This document shows, one piece after another, positions 1 through 12,253 of a stretch of DNA of 64,000 bases. The first letter of the stretch is position 1; each line of letters opens with the position of its first letter. Source of the stretch: an uncultured Acidobacteriota bacterium (GTDB lineage: Bacteria > Acidobacteriota > Thermoanaerobaculia > Gp7-AA8); NCBI GenBank assembly GCA_963822445.1, contig CAWGHO010000001.1, positions 640,001 through 704,000 of the forward strand, written 5' to 3'. Below the pieces are notes generated by a model. It was given only the letters and a program-made list of their open reading frames with translations. It did not search any database and was not told where the DNA came from. The translations under genes and the position numbers were made by a program.

Positions 1-8
1 GGAGATCT

Positions 9-2863
<2,855 letters not shown>

Positions 2864-2866
<3 letters not shown>

Positions 2867-2949
2867 CGCGCGCCGCAAGGCGCGCGTCATCCTGAGCGCA
2901 GTCGAAGGATCCTCTGAATGGAACGGCGGCCGACTCGGCCGCCGTTTCC
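2864..2949. repeat. Intergenic palindrome cluster: GCAA-loop hairpin, REP-like GTCATCCTGAGCGCAGTCGAAGGATC, second hairpin (possible terminator)
   Basis: tgacgcgcgcc-gcaa-ggcgcgcgtca at 2864-2889; REP-like 26-mer at 2886-2911; ggaacggcggccga-ct-cggccgccgtttcc at 2920-2949. Confidence 0.55.
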
Positions 2950-2979
2950 GTTTATGAGACCATCGACGGAGCGAGCACC

Positions 2980-3408
2980 ATGAACGGAGAGGGCAACGAA
3001 CCGATCGTCGTACGGCTCGCATGGCCGTGGCGGCTCGTCGCACCCGCGTTGATCGCGGTCGCCGCTACCTATCCATTCCTTGTCCGTTACGTGGAGCTGC
3101 GAGCCCTCGATCGAGGGGACGTTCTCCCGGTTGTTGGCATTCTCGCGTTCGGCCTGGCGTATGCGTGGTACTGCTCGCACTCGGCCCGTATCGAAAAGAC
3201 GACCATTACCTTCAAGTCTTTCGGACGCACGCAAGTACTTCGCGACGACGACATTGCCTCGTTTGAGGTGACGAAATCGTGGGTGACCGCGACGGACCGC
3301 ACGGGTAGAAAACACCGGGTCAGTTCGTATGCACCAGGAAGCGCAGCACTCGCAAACCGTTTGAAGGCATCGGCCGTCGGGTCTAAGCTCTCGCCTCTCT
3401 CTCAGTGA
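2980..3408 (+). CDS. Hypothetical membrane protein (two TM helices plus a small, possibly PH-like, domain)
   Basis: 142-aa ORF with GGAG RBS and two hydrophobic segments. Confidence 0.55.
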   Translation: MNGEGNEPIVVRLAWPWRLVAPALIAVAATYPFLVRYVELRALDRGDVLPVVGILAFGLAYAWYCSHSARIEKTTITFKSFGRTQVLRDDDIASFEVTKSWVTATDRTGRKHRVSSYAPGSAALANRLKASAVGSKLSPLSQ

Positions 3409-3433
3409 CAACAGCATCCGGAGACGGCTAGCG

Positions 3434-5242
3434 ATGAAACGATCCCTGCTCTGTTTTCTTCTCCTCTCTTTCTCGTTGTTCCCTCTCGCCGCGCAGGAGG
3501 TGCCGTCCGAGGAGATCGACCTCGAGGAAGAGCACATCCGCAGCCGTAACGAACACGGCGACTCCCACGCCTCGGGCGGCAGGCCGGAGCTCGGCGAGGT
3601 CATGCTGGGCAACAGGACCGTGGCCACCACGCTCATCAAAGTCGGTCTCTCGTACTCCTTCACCTCGACCGGAGCCTTCTCCGAGTTCAGCACGCGCCAC
3701 CATCCCTTCGCGGAGATCACCCATACCGCCGGGACCGTGCATCTCCTCGACGGGGGGACCGGTAAGAAGATCATCGACCTCGAGCCGGCAACCCTCGTGC
3801 GCGTCACGCGGGACAGCAACGGGTATCAGGTGACCGTGGCCGGGGTGGCCATGGGCACGTACGCCGGACCGCTCTACTTCCGTCCGACCGATGCCACGAA
3901 TCAGTTCCGCATCGAGCACATCCGCCGCGTATTCAGCGGCACCAAGGTACCCAGCTATCGCGGAACGATCGAGCTCTCGCATGCTTCGGGAACCGAGGCG
4001 AACAAGTTCCATGTGGTGAACATCGTGGAGATCGAAGATTACGTGCCGGGTGTCGTGGCCAACGAGTCGATCGCGTCGTTTCACATGGAGGCGCTCAAGG
4101 CCCAGGCAGTCGCGGCGCGCGGCTACGCCATCGCCAACATCGGCCGCTTCCGCGCGACGTTCCCCTACGACATCGTCGACTCGAGCGCGTCGCAGGTTTA
4201 CCGCGGCGTGATCTCCGAACATGTCCGGGCCGTTCAGGCCAGCACGGAGACAGTCGGGCTGGTGGCGTCCCATCAGGGCACGATCATCGGCGCGCTGTAT
4301 TCGTCGTCGATGGGCGGGCACACCGATCACAACGAGTGGATCTTCAACATCCCCAGCAACCAGTGGCCGGGCACGAACGCGACTCCGTACCTGCGGGGCA
4401 TCTACGACGGCGACGCCGTACCGCCGCCTGACGTGACCACCGAGGACGGCTTGTCCGCGTTCTGGAAAGCGTCGCCGATGCCGACCGTCTACGACGACTG
4501 CGGGCGCGTGGGCAACCGCTTTTCACGCTGGCGAGTGGTGCTGACCGGGGCACAAATGCGGGCGCGGATCACGCCGGCGGTGCCGGCCGGAGTGAACATC
4601 ACCGACGTCGAGGTCACCCGCCGCATGACCTCGGGCCGCGCGGCGATCGTGAAGATCAGCCTTTCCAATGGCAACACCGTCGAAGTTCGCGGATGGGATC
4701 CACTGCGCAACTTTTTCCGTCCAGCAGTGACGACGCCGGCACTCTGCGGTACTACGACCATCCCCGCGGGCATGATCCTCAACAACCCCAGCGTGCTGGA
4801 TGTCACGAAGAACGCCGACGGCACCGTCAACAACGTGGTGGTATGGGGCGGCGGGTGGGGACACAACGTCGGCATGAGCCAGTACGGCGCCCAGGGTCGC
4901 GCGCGCTCCGGCCAGACCTTCCTGCAGATTCTGAAGGCCTACTACACGAGCGTCGACATCGGCAGCTACCCGATCGACATCGGCCGCGAGCCCGGCTCCG
5001 GTCCCCCGACGCTGCGCCACGAGTTCCAGGCGCCCAACGCGCAAGGCACGCTGTTCGTGCGCGACGCAACGATCTCGAAGCTGCGCGTGCACGTGAACGG
5101 GCTGTATGACATCTCCATCGACGACTTCCCCGGTGGCCAGGCGAGTATCGATCTCTCCCCGTTTCTCGTGCCCGGTCTCAACGTGGTCCAGTACAACGCG
5201 GTGGGGCACGGAACGGCGACGGTGACTGTCGTCGTCGACTGA
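3434..5242 (+). CDS. SpoIID/LytB-domain protein (lytic transglycosylase family), secreted
   Basis: Signal peptide; VNIVEIEDYVPGVVANE, EALKAQAVAARGY, SQVYRG and GGGWGHNVGMSQYGA are SpoIID signature motifs. Confidence 0.88.
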   Translation: MKRSLLCFLLLSFSLFPLAAQEVPSEEIDLEEEHIRSRNEHGDSHASGGRPELGEVMLGNRTVATTLIKVGLSYSFTSTGAFSEFSTRHHPFAEITHTAGTVHLLDGGTGKKIIDLEPATLVRVTRDSNGYQVTVAGVAMGTYAGPLYFRPTDATNQFRIEHIRRVFSGTKVPSYRGTIELSHASGTEANKFHVVNIVEIEDYVPGVVANESIASFHMEALKAQAVAARGYAIANIGRFRATFPYDIVDSSASQVYRGVISEHVRAVQASTETVGLVASHQGTIIGALYSSSMGGHTDHNEWIFNIPSNQWPGTNATPYLRGIYDGDAVPPPDVTTEDGLSAFWKASPMPTVYDDCGRVGNRFSRWRVVLTGAQMRARITPAVPAGVNITDVEVTRRMTSGRAAIVKISLSNGNTVEVRGWDPLRNFFRPAVTTPALCGTTTIPAGMILNNPSVLDVTKNADGTVNNVVVWGGGWGHNVGMSQYGAQGRARSGQTFLQILKAYYTSVDIGSYPIDIGREPGSGPPTLRHEFQAPNAQGTLFVRDATISKLRVHVNGLYDISIDDFPGGQASIDLSPFLVPGLNVVQYNAVGHGTATVTVVVD

Positions 5243-5262
5243 CGATCTCGTTCTCTGATTCG

Positions 5263-5288
5263 AAGCCCGGCCGCACGGCCGGGCTTTC
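5263..5288 (+). terminator. Putative intrinsic terminator
   Basis: aagcccggcc-gcac-ggccgggctt followed by t, 20 nt after the SpoIID-domain stop codon. Confidence 0.6.
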
Positions 5289-5315
5289 ATCAAGGACGCG
5301 GAAGGTTCGAGACCG

Positions 5316-5810
5316 ATGGGGAAATGGGCAGACGTAGCTTGCAACTGTTCGAATCGCGTGCAGCTGGCGTGTGGTCACCGCGGCGGACTCGCGATCGAGT
5401 TCTGGCCAGGGAACATCATTGCAGTCGGTTCCTACCTCGGCAGTGGGGGCGGTGCACTGCCGGTGTTCGCTGCGGTCGGCGATCCGATGAACTATGACAA
5501 CGATGACGAGCTTCACCTTGTCTCGCCCTTAGATGCTGAGTCGTGGCTGCGAGAGATTGAAGAAGTGCGGCAGGCGCTGGATGGTGGATCGAACCTGCCG
5601 CGCGAGCACGTCATCCGGTTGCTCTGTGGCTTTGCCGAGACCGAGCGGCGGCTCGAAACTCCCACATTTACGCCGTTCGAGATCCCCGACACTTCGTCAC
5701 CGGTGCACCTCGAGCTGGGAGCGACGAAAATCCGCGAAGCATTGGCCGACGCGGAAACACTTTGCCGCGCGAGCATCGCGACCGGAAATCCAATCAGGTT
5801 GCTCTGGTGA
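5316..5810 (+). CDS. Hypothetical protein
   Basis: 164-aa ORF with protein-like composition and an N-terminal CNC...C; no family recognised. Confidence 0.5.
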   Translation: MGKWADVACNCSNRVQLACGHRGGLAIEFWPGNIIAVGSYLGSGGGALPVFAAVGDPMNYDNDDELHLVSPLDAESWLREIEEVRQALDGGSNLPREHVIRLLCGFAETERRLETPTFTPFEIPDTSSPVHLELGATKIREALADAETLCRASIATGNPIRLLW

Positions 5811-5892
5811 GCCGGACCGGGCTTACAACAACAAGAAGCTTCGTTGCGCGAGCGAGTCATTCATGGCACTCTGCCCTTATTCCGAGGAGGCC

Positions 5893-6705
5893 ATGATGGC
5901 GGACCAGGACGACGCACTCGATCGTCTCAACCAACGGTTGGACGTCCTGTCGTTAAAGCTCGATCGTCAGACACTGCAGATGCAGGCGCCGCCTGCAGAG
6001 AAGAAGCAGGCGTGGTGGGTCACTGCGATTCAGTTTCTAGGATTACCCGCGGCCGTCGTCGCAATCGTGATGCAGACGGGCCAAACCGCGCAGATGTTCG
6101 AATCCAAGGAGAAAACGGCGGCCGAAGCGCGAAAAGTCGAAGCGGAGGCGGAGAAGATCCGGGTCGAGTCGGAGAAGTTGAGACTCGAGCTCAAAGAACA
6201 ACAGGCGAAACTTGCCAAAGAGAGTGTCTCCGGTGCTCAAGTCGACGCGACACTCAACAATATCCGCGCGACGTTGGCGTCACTGGACGAGATGGAGCGG
6301 CGCATCCGAAACGAGCGTGCCGAGTCGTTGCTGCGTAAGTTCATCATTCTGTGGGCTGCCGTTTGGGCCATTGGCCTCGTTTTCGACATCTTCACGCAAT
6401 TGTGGTCAATCCTGCTGAATTCAGTGACGGCATCGATCTTCATGAACCGGCGACACGATGGCGGCGAGCGCCACCAGCGTCTCGTCCGTCGGATAAGTAT
6501 TGTGCTGCCGGTCATGCATCAGATTCCGAGCCTGCTGCGATGGGCGGTGCAGTTGTCCGTGCTCATTACGCTGGTTGGACCTGTCTTTGACGGCGTCGCG
6601 CAATTGAATGGTGCTGACGTGACCTTCAGAGACGTCATTCGGAATGTGGCGACAGCGCAGTTCAGTACGGCGATTGGACAACTCGCCCGGGCGATGGGCG
6701 CGTAA
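5893..6705 (+). CDS. Hypothetical membrane protein with coiled coil
   Basis: GAGGAGG RBS before ATG 5893 (in frame with ORF 5533..6705); TM helix, EK-rich coiled coil, then further TM helices. Confidence 0.6.
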   Translation: MMADQDDALDRLNQRLDVLSLKLDRQTLQMQAPPAEKKQAWWVTAIQFLGLPAAVVAIVMQTGQTAQMFESKEKTAAEARKVEAEAEKIRVESEKLRLELKEQQAKLAKESVSGAQVDATLNNIRATLASLDEMERRIRNERAESLLRKFIILWAAVWAIGLVFDIFTQLWSILLNSVTASIFMNRRHDGGERHQRLVRRISIVLPVMHQIPSLLRWAVQLSVLITLVGPVFDGVAQLNGADVTFRDVIRNVATAQFSTAIGQLARAMGA

Positions 6706-6716
6706 ACGAACGCTCC

Positions 6717-7298
6717 TCACAGCGGAATCAGGAACGTCGCCCCCCACCCCAACGGCCAGTTCGCCGCACGGACGTAGATCCGCCAGGCCGGGACATGCGC
6801 GTTTTCGGTCGGCGGCAGTGAGAAGGAGAAGGGGATGCGGATCTGTCCTGAAGCGTCCTTGCGCACGCGCTCGGACGGCAGTTCCTGGCGAAGGGTCATC
6901 ACCACGTACTTCCCGCTCTGCCCCTCGAAAATGACGCGCACCGGTGCGCGAGGAACGCTCGACAGTTCCGTTTCGATCCAGCCTTCGAATGGCTTTCCGA
7001 AGATCAGCGGCGACTTCGCTTTGAGCGTCGCTTCGCCATAGCGGCGCTGCCACAGCAGAAACACCGCGGTGAGCGCGAGGAGCGACAGGATGAACGCGCC
7101 GACGAACAGTGACGCACCGCGCATGGACGGCTCGCTCATCGCGGCCATGACCAGAAAGGCGATGCCGGCGAAGAAGCCGATCTTGAAGAGGTTCACCGGC
7201 GTCGTGGTCCGCTCCTCGGGCACCCACAACCCGATCCCTTCGGCGCCTGGCGCCACTTCCCGGTCAAACAGCATCGCCAGATTATGAACGACGGTCAT
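6717..7298 (-). CDS. Hypothetical membrane protein (two TM helices plus beta-rich domain)
   Basis: 193-aa ORF with two hydrophobic helices; true start may be the ATG of MLFDRE near 7274. Confidence 0.55.
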   Translation of the reverse strand: MTVVHNLAMLFDREVAPGAEGIGLWVPEERTTTPVNLFKIGFFAGIAFLVMAAMSEPSMRGASLFVGAFILSLLALTAVFLLWQRRYGEATLKAKSPLIFGKPFEGWIETELSSVPRAPVRVIFEGQSGKYVVMTLRQELPSERVRKDASGQIRIPFSFSLPPTENAHVPAWRIYVRAANWPLGWGATFLIPL

Positions 7299-7337
7299 TG
7301 CAAATAATCCTCATCTCGGTCATGTTCCCCGCCACGA

Positions 7338-7955
7338 ATGCGCGTCCTCGTTCTCGATAGCGACCGCTGGCGTGAGATGGGGATCGCCCGGGTCCTCGAC
7401 GGGGAGCCCGGCCTCACGCCGGTGCTCGAGCGCGACCTCGGCGATCAGACCTGGTCGAAGTCGCGGGCCACGGTCGTGCTCGTATCGGACGACTCCGTCC
7501 GTCACGACGCCCGGCGCTCCATCCGCGCTCTGCGGCGCAAGTTCCCCCAGGCCAAGATCCTCGTGCACGGCCTGCAGGAAGATCCCGCGGCCATCGCCGA
7601 CTTCGTGGCCCAGGGAGCGGACGGCTACTTCACGCTCGACCTCGGCGAGGAGAAGCTGGTCAAGGCCATCCGGGTCGTAGCCGGTGGCGCGGTCTGGCTT
7701 CCCCAGAAAGCGGTCACCTCCATCGCTCAGCAGTTCCGATCGGGCGGCGGATCTTCAGCGCTCGACGCTTCCGACCAGGCGCTGCTGCACATGCTGGCCG
7801 AAGGGCTGTCGAACAAAGAAATGGCCGCGCAGCTCGGCATCGCCGAGATCACCGCGAAGACGCGACTGGCCAGGCTGTATCGCCGCTTCGGCGTGAACAG
7901 CCGCGTGCAGCTTCTCTCCTACGCCATCAAGCACGGCCTCGTGCGCCATCACTGA
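7338..7955 (+). CDS. NarL/LuxR family response regulator (atypical REC plus LuxR HTH)
   Basis: GADGYF...LVKAIRVVAGG and the C-terminal HTH LAEGLSNKEMAAQLGIAEITAKTRLARLYRRFGVNSRVQL. Confidence 0.88.
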   Translation: MRVLVLDSDRWREMGIARVLDGEPGLTPVLERDLGDQTWSKSRATVVLVSDDSVRHDARRSIRALRRKFPQAKILVHGLQEDPAAIADFVAQGADGYFTLDLGEEKLVKAIRVVAGGAVWLPQKAVTSIAQQFRSGGGSSALDASDQALLHMLAEGLSNKEMAAQLGIAEITAKTRLARLYRRFGVNSRVQLLSYAIKHGLVRHH

Positions 7956-8106
7956 CCTGCCCGAACGGGTGGGCGGCGCGATATCCGAACGACCACCATC
8001 CATATCCGTCTGCATCAGAAAATCTCGCGAGATCGGAAACTCCATTGCAAAGCCCCTCCCCCGCGACGCCGTACGCGCCGCAATTCTCTTGAGGAGGCTT
8101 TCCCTT

Positions 8107-8796
8107 ATGCAGCATCGATTTGCAGTTTTGGCAGGTGTGTGTGTGGTGATGATGGCGCTGACCGGATCCATCGCAGCACAGGACGCATTTCAGCTTCAGC
8201 CGTTCGAGTACGACCCGGACAACGCATGTGACGTGACCGCGCAGTGGCAGGACGGAGCGATCGTGCTCGCGAAAAACTGTCCGACCGCGACCAACGCCGC
8301 GGCGGGCATCGACATCGTCTCCGATCTCGAAGGGCAGGACGTCAGCAACCTCACCGAGTTGAACTTCGAGTATGAGAACGGCGGCCATTGCGGAGCGGGC
8401 GCGCCTCGCTTCAACGTCATCGTCGATGGCGCGATCTACTTCCTCGGCTGCACGGCCGGCACGCACACCGACCTCGGCAACGGCTGGACGCGCGTCGAGT
8501 TCACCGCGACTGATTTCGCCACGGCAGGCATTCCAGTAACCGGCACGCTCGAAGACCTGATGATCATCTTCGACGAAGGTACGGACACGCCCGTCGGCGG
8601 ATCGATCGGCACGGCCGGCACGGTCACGCTCGACAACATCAGCGTGAATGGCGATGTGGTCGGCGACTCGGTCAAACCAACGTCGAAGGATCAGTGCAAG
8701 AACGGCGGATGGATGACGTTCCAGGACCCCAGCTTCAAGAACCAGGGGCAGTGCGTCAGCTATGTGACCAGCAACCGCGGCGGCAAGCGCCGCTAA
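8107..8796 (+). CDS. Secreted hypothetical protein with C-terminal PTSKDQCKNGGW...FKNQGQCVS module
   Basis: GAGGAGG RBS at 8091; signal peptide MQHRFAVLAGVCVVMMALTGSIAAQ; short Cys-pair C-terminal module. Confidence 0.7.
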   Translation: MQHRFAVLAGVCVVMMALTGSIAAQDAFQLQPFEYDPDNACDVTAQWQDGAIVLAKNCPTATNAAAGIDIVSDLEGQDVSNLTELNFEYENGGHCGAGAPRFNVIVDGAIYFLGCTAGTHTDLGNGWTRVEFTATDFATAGIPVTGTLEDLMIIFDEGTDTPVGGSIGTAGTVTLDNISVNGDVVGDSVKPTSKDQCKNGGWMTFQDPSFKNQGQCVSYVTSNRGGKRR

Positions 8797-8802
8797 CGCA
8801 GC

Positions 8803-10563
8803 TCAAAGGGCGGCCGGAAGGCCGCCCTTTTCTCGTCCACACAACCACTCGTGCGTCAGCCCGAGGGCGAGGTTCCACACCACCCACCCCAGAATCGCCG
8901 GCGTCAGATGCAGCCATTCGTCATAGCCGACGACCAGGTGCACGGCGAGAGCGCAGGCGAAAGCGATGTTCCCGCCGGTCGCGAGTGCGATCCACAGCCA
9001 GCGAGCGCCGGCCCGGAAACCCCACTGCGCCGCGAGCCAGACGGCGATGCCGTTGGCGATGAGCATTCCGCCGAGGGTGGCGCGGTCGTGCGCGACGAGC
9101 GAGATCAGGCGGTCGTACGAGACGCGCAGCTCCGCGGCGGTCGTGCGCATGAACTCGAGATCGGTCCGCACGAACACGCTGGTGCAACCGATGATCGTGA
9201 TCACGAGACCGGCGCCGGTGAGGCCGATGCCGAGGAGGATGAAGAGGAGCTGGCCCCACTGGCCGCGGCGCCAGGCGGCGGTCTCGCGCCACTCGGCGGC
9301 GGGCGGCTGCGGCGGTGACGGCCGCAGGACGAGACACAGCAGCAGGAACTGCGTGAGGATCGCCGTCACGAAGGCGTGGAAGGGATCGAAGTAGCCGAAG
9401 CCGAGGAAGGTGAAGAACGTCAGGAATCCGACGGTTGCGGATGCGACGACCGTCACCTGCGCCCAATGCGCGCCGCGGCGGATGCCGTACCACCCCAACG
9501 CGGCGTAGAGGATGCCGATGCTCAACATCGTTCCCGCGAGCGAGACGCGGTCGTGGGCCATGAACGGAAGGAGACGCGGATTGAGCGACGCCATCTGCGC
9601 GCGCGTCAGACCACAGAGACTTTCGTCGTAAGGCAGGACGACGCGAGTCGAGGCGATGATCACGGCGAGGATGCCGCCGAAGATCATCCCGGCGCCCATC
9701 AGCGTGGCCCAGAACCACGAACTGCGCGCCGCGTCGAGCGTGAGCGGTTCCGCGGTCGCGGTTTCGCCGGTTCGCTCCGACAGCAACGCTTCGTTGCAAC
9801 GCTTGATCAATCCGGGACCGGAGCAGACCAGTCCCGCGTCGATGGAGACGATGTCCGCGCCCGCCTCGAGGAGTGATTTCACTTCGTGCGGCTCGGTTGC
9901 GCCGGAGGCGACGAGAATCGCGCCTGGCGGAAGTTGGGAGCGCATTTCGCGGACGGCGGCGGCATCCGCTTGCAACCACGCAATGCCGTTGACGAGAACC
10001 GGGCGCCGCGACGCGCCCGCATCTTCAGCATTCGACGGTTCGACGACGAACATCGCCGCGTGCTCTTCGAGGCGCTCGATGATCCTGCGCACCGCGGCGC
10101 CGTCTTGTGCCGCGATGCGAACGGCGATGGGCACCGCGCGATCGCGATGCGCGAGATTTCTCGCGACCTCGTCCACGCTCACGACGATCGGCTTCGCGGC
10201 CTCGACCGAGCGTCGACCGAGGTCGACGCGCCATCCCGGATCGGCGAGCGTTGCCTCCTCGGCGACCGGACCGATCTCGATCATCCCCACGCCGAATCGC
10301 GCGAAGGCCGCCAGCGCGTCACCGTGTGGATCGATCAGCGCGCCGAGCGCGATCGGACCCCGCAACTCGAGCGAGCCAGCGCGCGTGCGAAGCCGCGGAT
10401 CGGGTTGCATGTGCCCGAGAAAGTCGATCAGCTTCAGGCCGAACGGCAGCCGCGCGAGCGTCCGCAACGTGCCGGTTGCCAGCCGGCGCGAGCGCTCCGC
10501 GCCGGCGGCCAGCATCAGCGGACGCAAGACGGTGCGGTAGCTCCAGTCCGGCACGGCGACCAT
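8803..10563 (-). CDS. Dihydroorotate-dehydrogenase-like FMN barrel fused to a multi-TM C-terminal domain
   Basis: PDWSYRTVLRPLM N-terminus, FARFGVGMIEIGPV, ASGATEPHEVKSLLEAGADIV and SGPGLIKRCN resemble DHODH; about 7-8 TM helices follow, containing two HDR motifs. Confidence 0.65.
   Translation of the reverse strand: MVAVPDWSYRTVLRPLMLAAGAERSRRLATGTLRTLARLPFGLKLIDFLGHMQPDPRLRTRAGSLELRGPIALGALIDPHGDALAAFARFGVGMIEIGPVAEEATLADPGWRVDLGRRSVEAAKPIVVSVDEVARNLAHRDRAVPIAVRIAAQDGAAVRRIIERLEEHAAMFVVEPSNAEDAGASRRPVLVNGIAWLQADAAAVREMRSQLPPGAILVASGATEPHEVKSLLEAGADIVSIDAGLVCSGPGLIKRCNEALLSERTGETATAEPLTLDAARSSWFWATLMGAGMIFGGILAVIIASTRVVLPYDESLCGLTRAQMASLNPRLLPFMAHDRVSLAGTMLSIGILYAALGWYGIRRGAHWAQVTVVASATVGFLTFFTFLGFGYFDPFHAFVTAILTQFLLLCLVLRPSPPQPPAAEWRETAAWRRGQWGQLLFILLGIGLTGAGLVITIIGCTSVFVRTDLEFMRTTAAELRVSYDRLISLVAHDRATLGGMLIANGIAVWLAAQWGFRAGARWLWIALATGGNIAFACALAVHLVVGYDEWLHLTPAILGWVVWNLALGLTHEWLCGREKGGLPAAL
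8805..8831. terminator. Bidirectional intrinsic terminator
   Basis: aaagggcggcc-ggaa-ggccgcccttt between convergent genes. Confidence 0.7.
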
Positions 10564-10609
10564 CGTAAACGGTCCAGGACCATTACCTCATGGGGTTGAT
10601 AATGGCTCT

Positions 10610-12166
10610 ATGAAACGCGCTCGCATGCTGCTCGTCTTCATCCTTGCCGCAACCGCTCTGACGGCGAGCGCGCAGGAAGACCCGAAATTCAGCGCGCACT
10701 TGCCCGGCTGGTATCTTTCCGAGGGCGGACCCCAGGAGTTCTACATCGCCGCTTCCGGCTCCGTCAGAGCAACGACGGTCGTCTCGTGGTCCTGCAACTT
10801 CCCGGCGATCGGTTTCCAGAACAGCGGGTCGGTGACCTTTCACCGGGGTGACGGCGTCCAGCGCTTCAACGTCTACTTCCCCTGGGACGGCTGGTACCGC
10901 GACCCTCATGAGGGAACGATCTCGATTTCGTACACGCGCAACGGAAGCGTGGAGACCGAGACCACTTATCCCATTGCCTCTTACGCCTTCCCGTTTCTGA
11001 CGGTCGACGACCTCCGGGTCGTCGAAGGCGACGAAGAGCAGGCCGCCTCGCTGCGGTTCTCACGCCCGTCGCACGTACCCTGGCTGCTGAACATCTCTGC
11101 CGGCGACGAAACGGCGCACGAAGCATCCGACTTCAGCCTCACGGATCGCGAAGTCACCTTCGCCGCCGGCGCAACCACGTCGCAGGTGCGGTTCCGCGCA
11201 CCGAAAGACGGCGTTCCGGAGGGTGAGGAGACCTTCATCCTCAAAGCGGAGTCAGTCAGAAAGTTCGACTTCTACGACACTCCGTACCTCGCAGGGACGG
11301 GCACGATCACGATCGATGACTCGGAGATCACCGCACACGCCGACCCGTCGACGATCACGATTTTCAGTGGCGACCCGTTCGATGTGTCGGTCACGTTGAA
11401 CCGCCCGTTGAGCAGCTCGGAAACTGTAACGGCGTCGATCGAGACGAGCGACATCCAGGTCGTGAAGCCGCAGCTGGCCGCGGTGCCGTTACACCCCGGC
11501 AGCACGAGTTTCAGTGTGCCGCTCGAAACCGATCACGAAGGCGACGCAATCATCACCGTCTCGTTCCCCGAGGCCCTCGGCGTAGCTCCTGTGAACGTGC
11601 CCGTGCGCGTCTTCAGCGGCGAAGTGACCTTCGATCGCGTATCCGTCACGTTGCGGAAGACCGAACAAGCCAGCGTGGGAATGCGCATGACGCCGGCGCC
11701 ACCACAACCGGTTGTGGCGCCGATCCAGCTCTCGGGCCTCGGCGTCCTCAGACTCGACGACGCTCCGCCGATCGGCACCGACGGAGCGTCCATCGTCACC
11801 TTTACCGCCGTCGCCGCCGGACAGGCCGAGATTTACGCAATGAACCGAAGCGGCAATCCGGCCCTCCTGACCGTCAACGTCCTCGAGGCCGTGGCCGCAA
11901 AATCGCTCGCGCCGGCCGCCGGACCGACGGCCGGTGGCACCCCGGTCACGATCACCGGCACCGGCTTCGCCGGCGCCTGCCAGGTCGCATTCGACGACAT
12001 CGCCTCACCTTCCGTGACGGTCCTGAACGACACCACCATTCGCGCAATCGCGCCTGCACACCCCGCCGGGATCGCCGATGTGACAGTCACTTGCGACGGT
12101 CATGCGGGGACGCTCCCGGGATCGTTCACATTCACCAGCGCATCGCGCCGCCGCTCGGTGAGATGA
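10610..12166 (+). CDS. Secreted Calx-beta / IPT-TIG domain protein with C-terminal RRRSVR tail
   Basis: Signal peptide; VTFAAGATT...DGVPEGEETF (Calx-beta); PAAGPTAGGTPVTITGTGF (IPT/TIG). Confidence 0.8.
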   Translation: MKRARMLLVFILAATALTASAQEDPKFSAHLPGWYLSEGGPQEFYIAASGSVRATTVVSWSCNFPAIGFQNSGSVTFHRGDGVQRFNVYFPWDGWYRDPHEGTISISYTRNGSVETETTYPIASYAFPFLTVDDLRVVEGDEEQAASLRFSRPSHVPWLLNISAGDETAHEASDFSLTDREVTFAAGATTSQVRFRAPKDGVPEGEETFILKAESVRKFDFYDTPYLAGTGTITIDDSEITAHADPSTITIFSGDPFDVSVTLNRPLSSSETVTASIETSDIQVVKPQLAAVPLHPGSTSFSVPLETDHEGDAIITVSFPEALGVAPVNVPVRVFSGEVTFDRVSVTLRKTEQASVGMRMTPAPPQPVVAPIQLSGLGVLRLDDAPPIGTDGASIVTFTAVAAGQAEIYAMNRSGNPALLTVNVLEAVAAKSLAPAAGPTAGGTPVTITGTGFAGACQVAFDDIASPSVTVLNDTTIRAIAPAHPAGIADVTVTCDGHAGTLPGSFTFTSASRRRSVR

Positions 12167-12253
12167 GCGCCATTCATCCGGAAATCAGGTCGCCATCTCG
12201 CGCGGTCTCGGGTAAGGTCCGCCGTCCAGGAGAAATCCGGGAGGTAGAACGAC

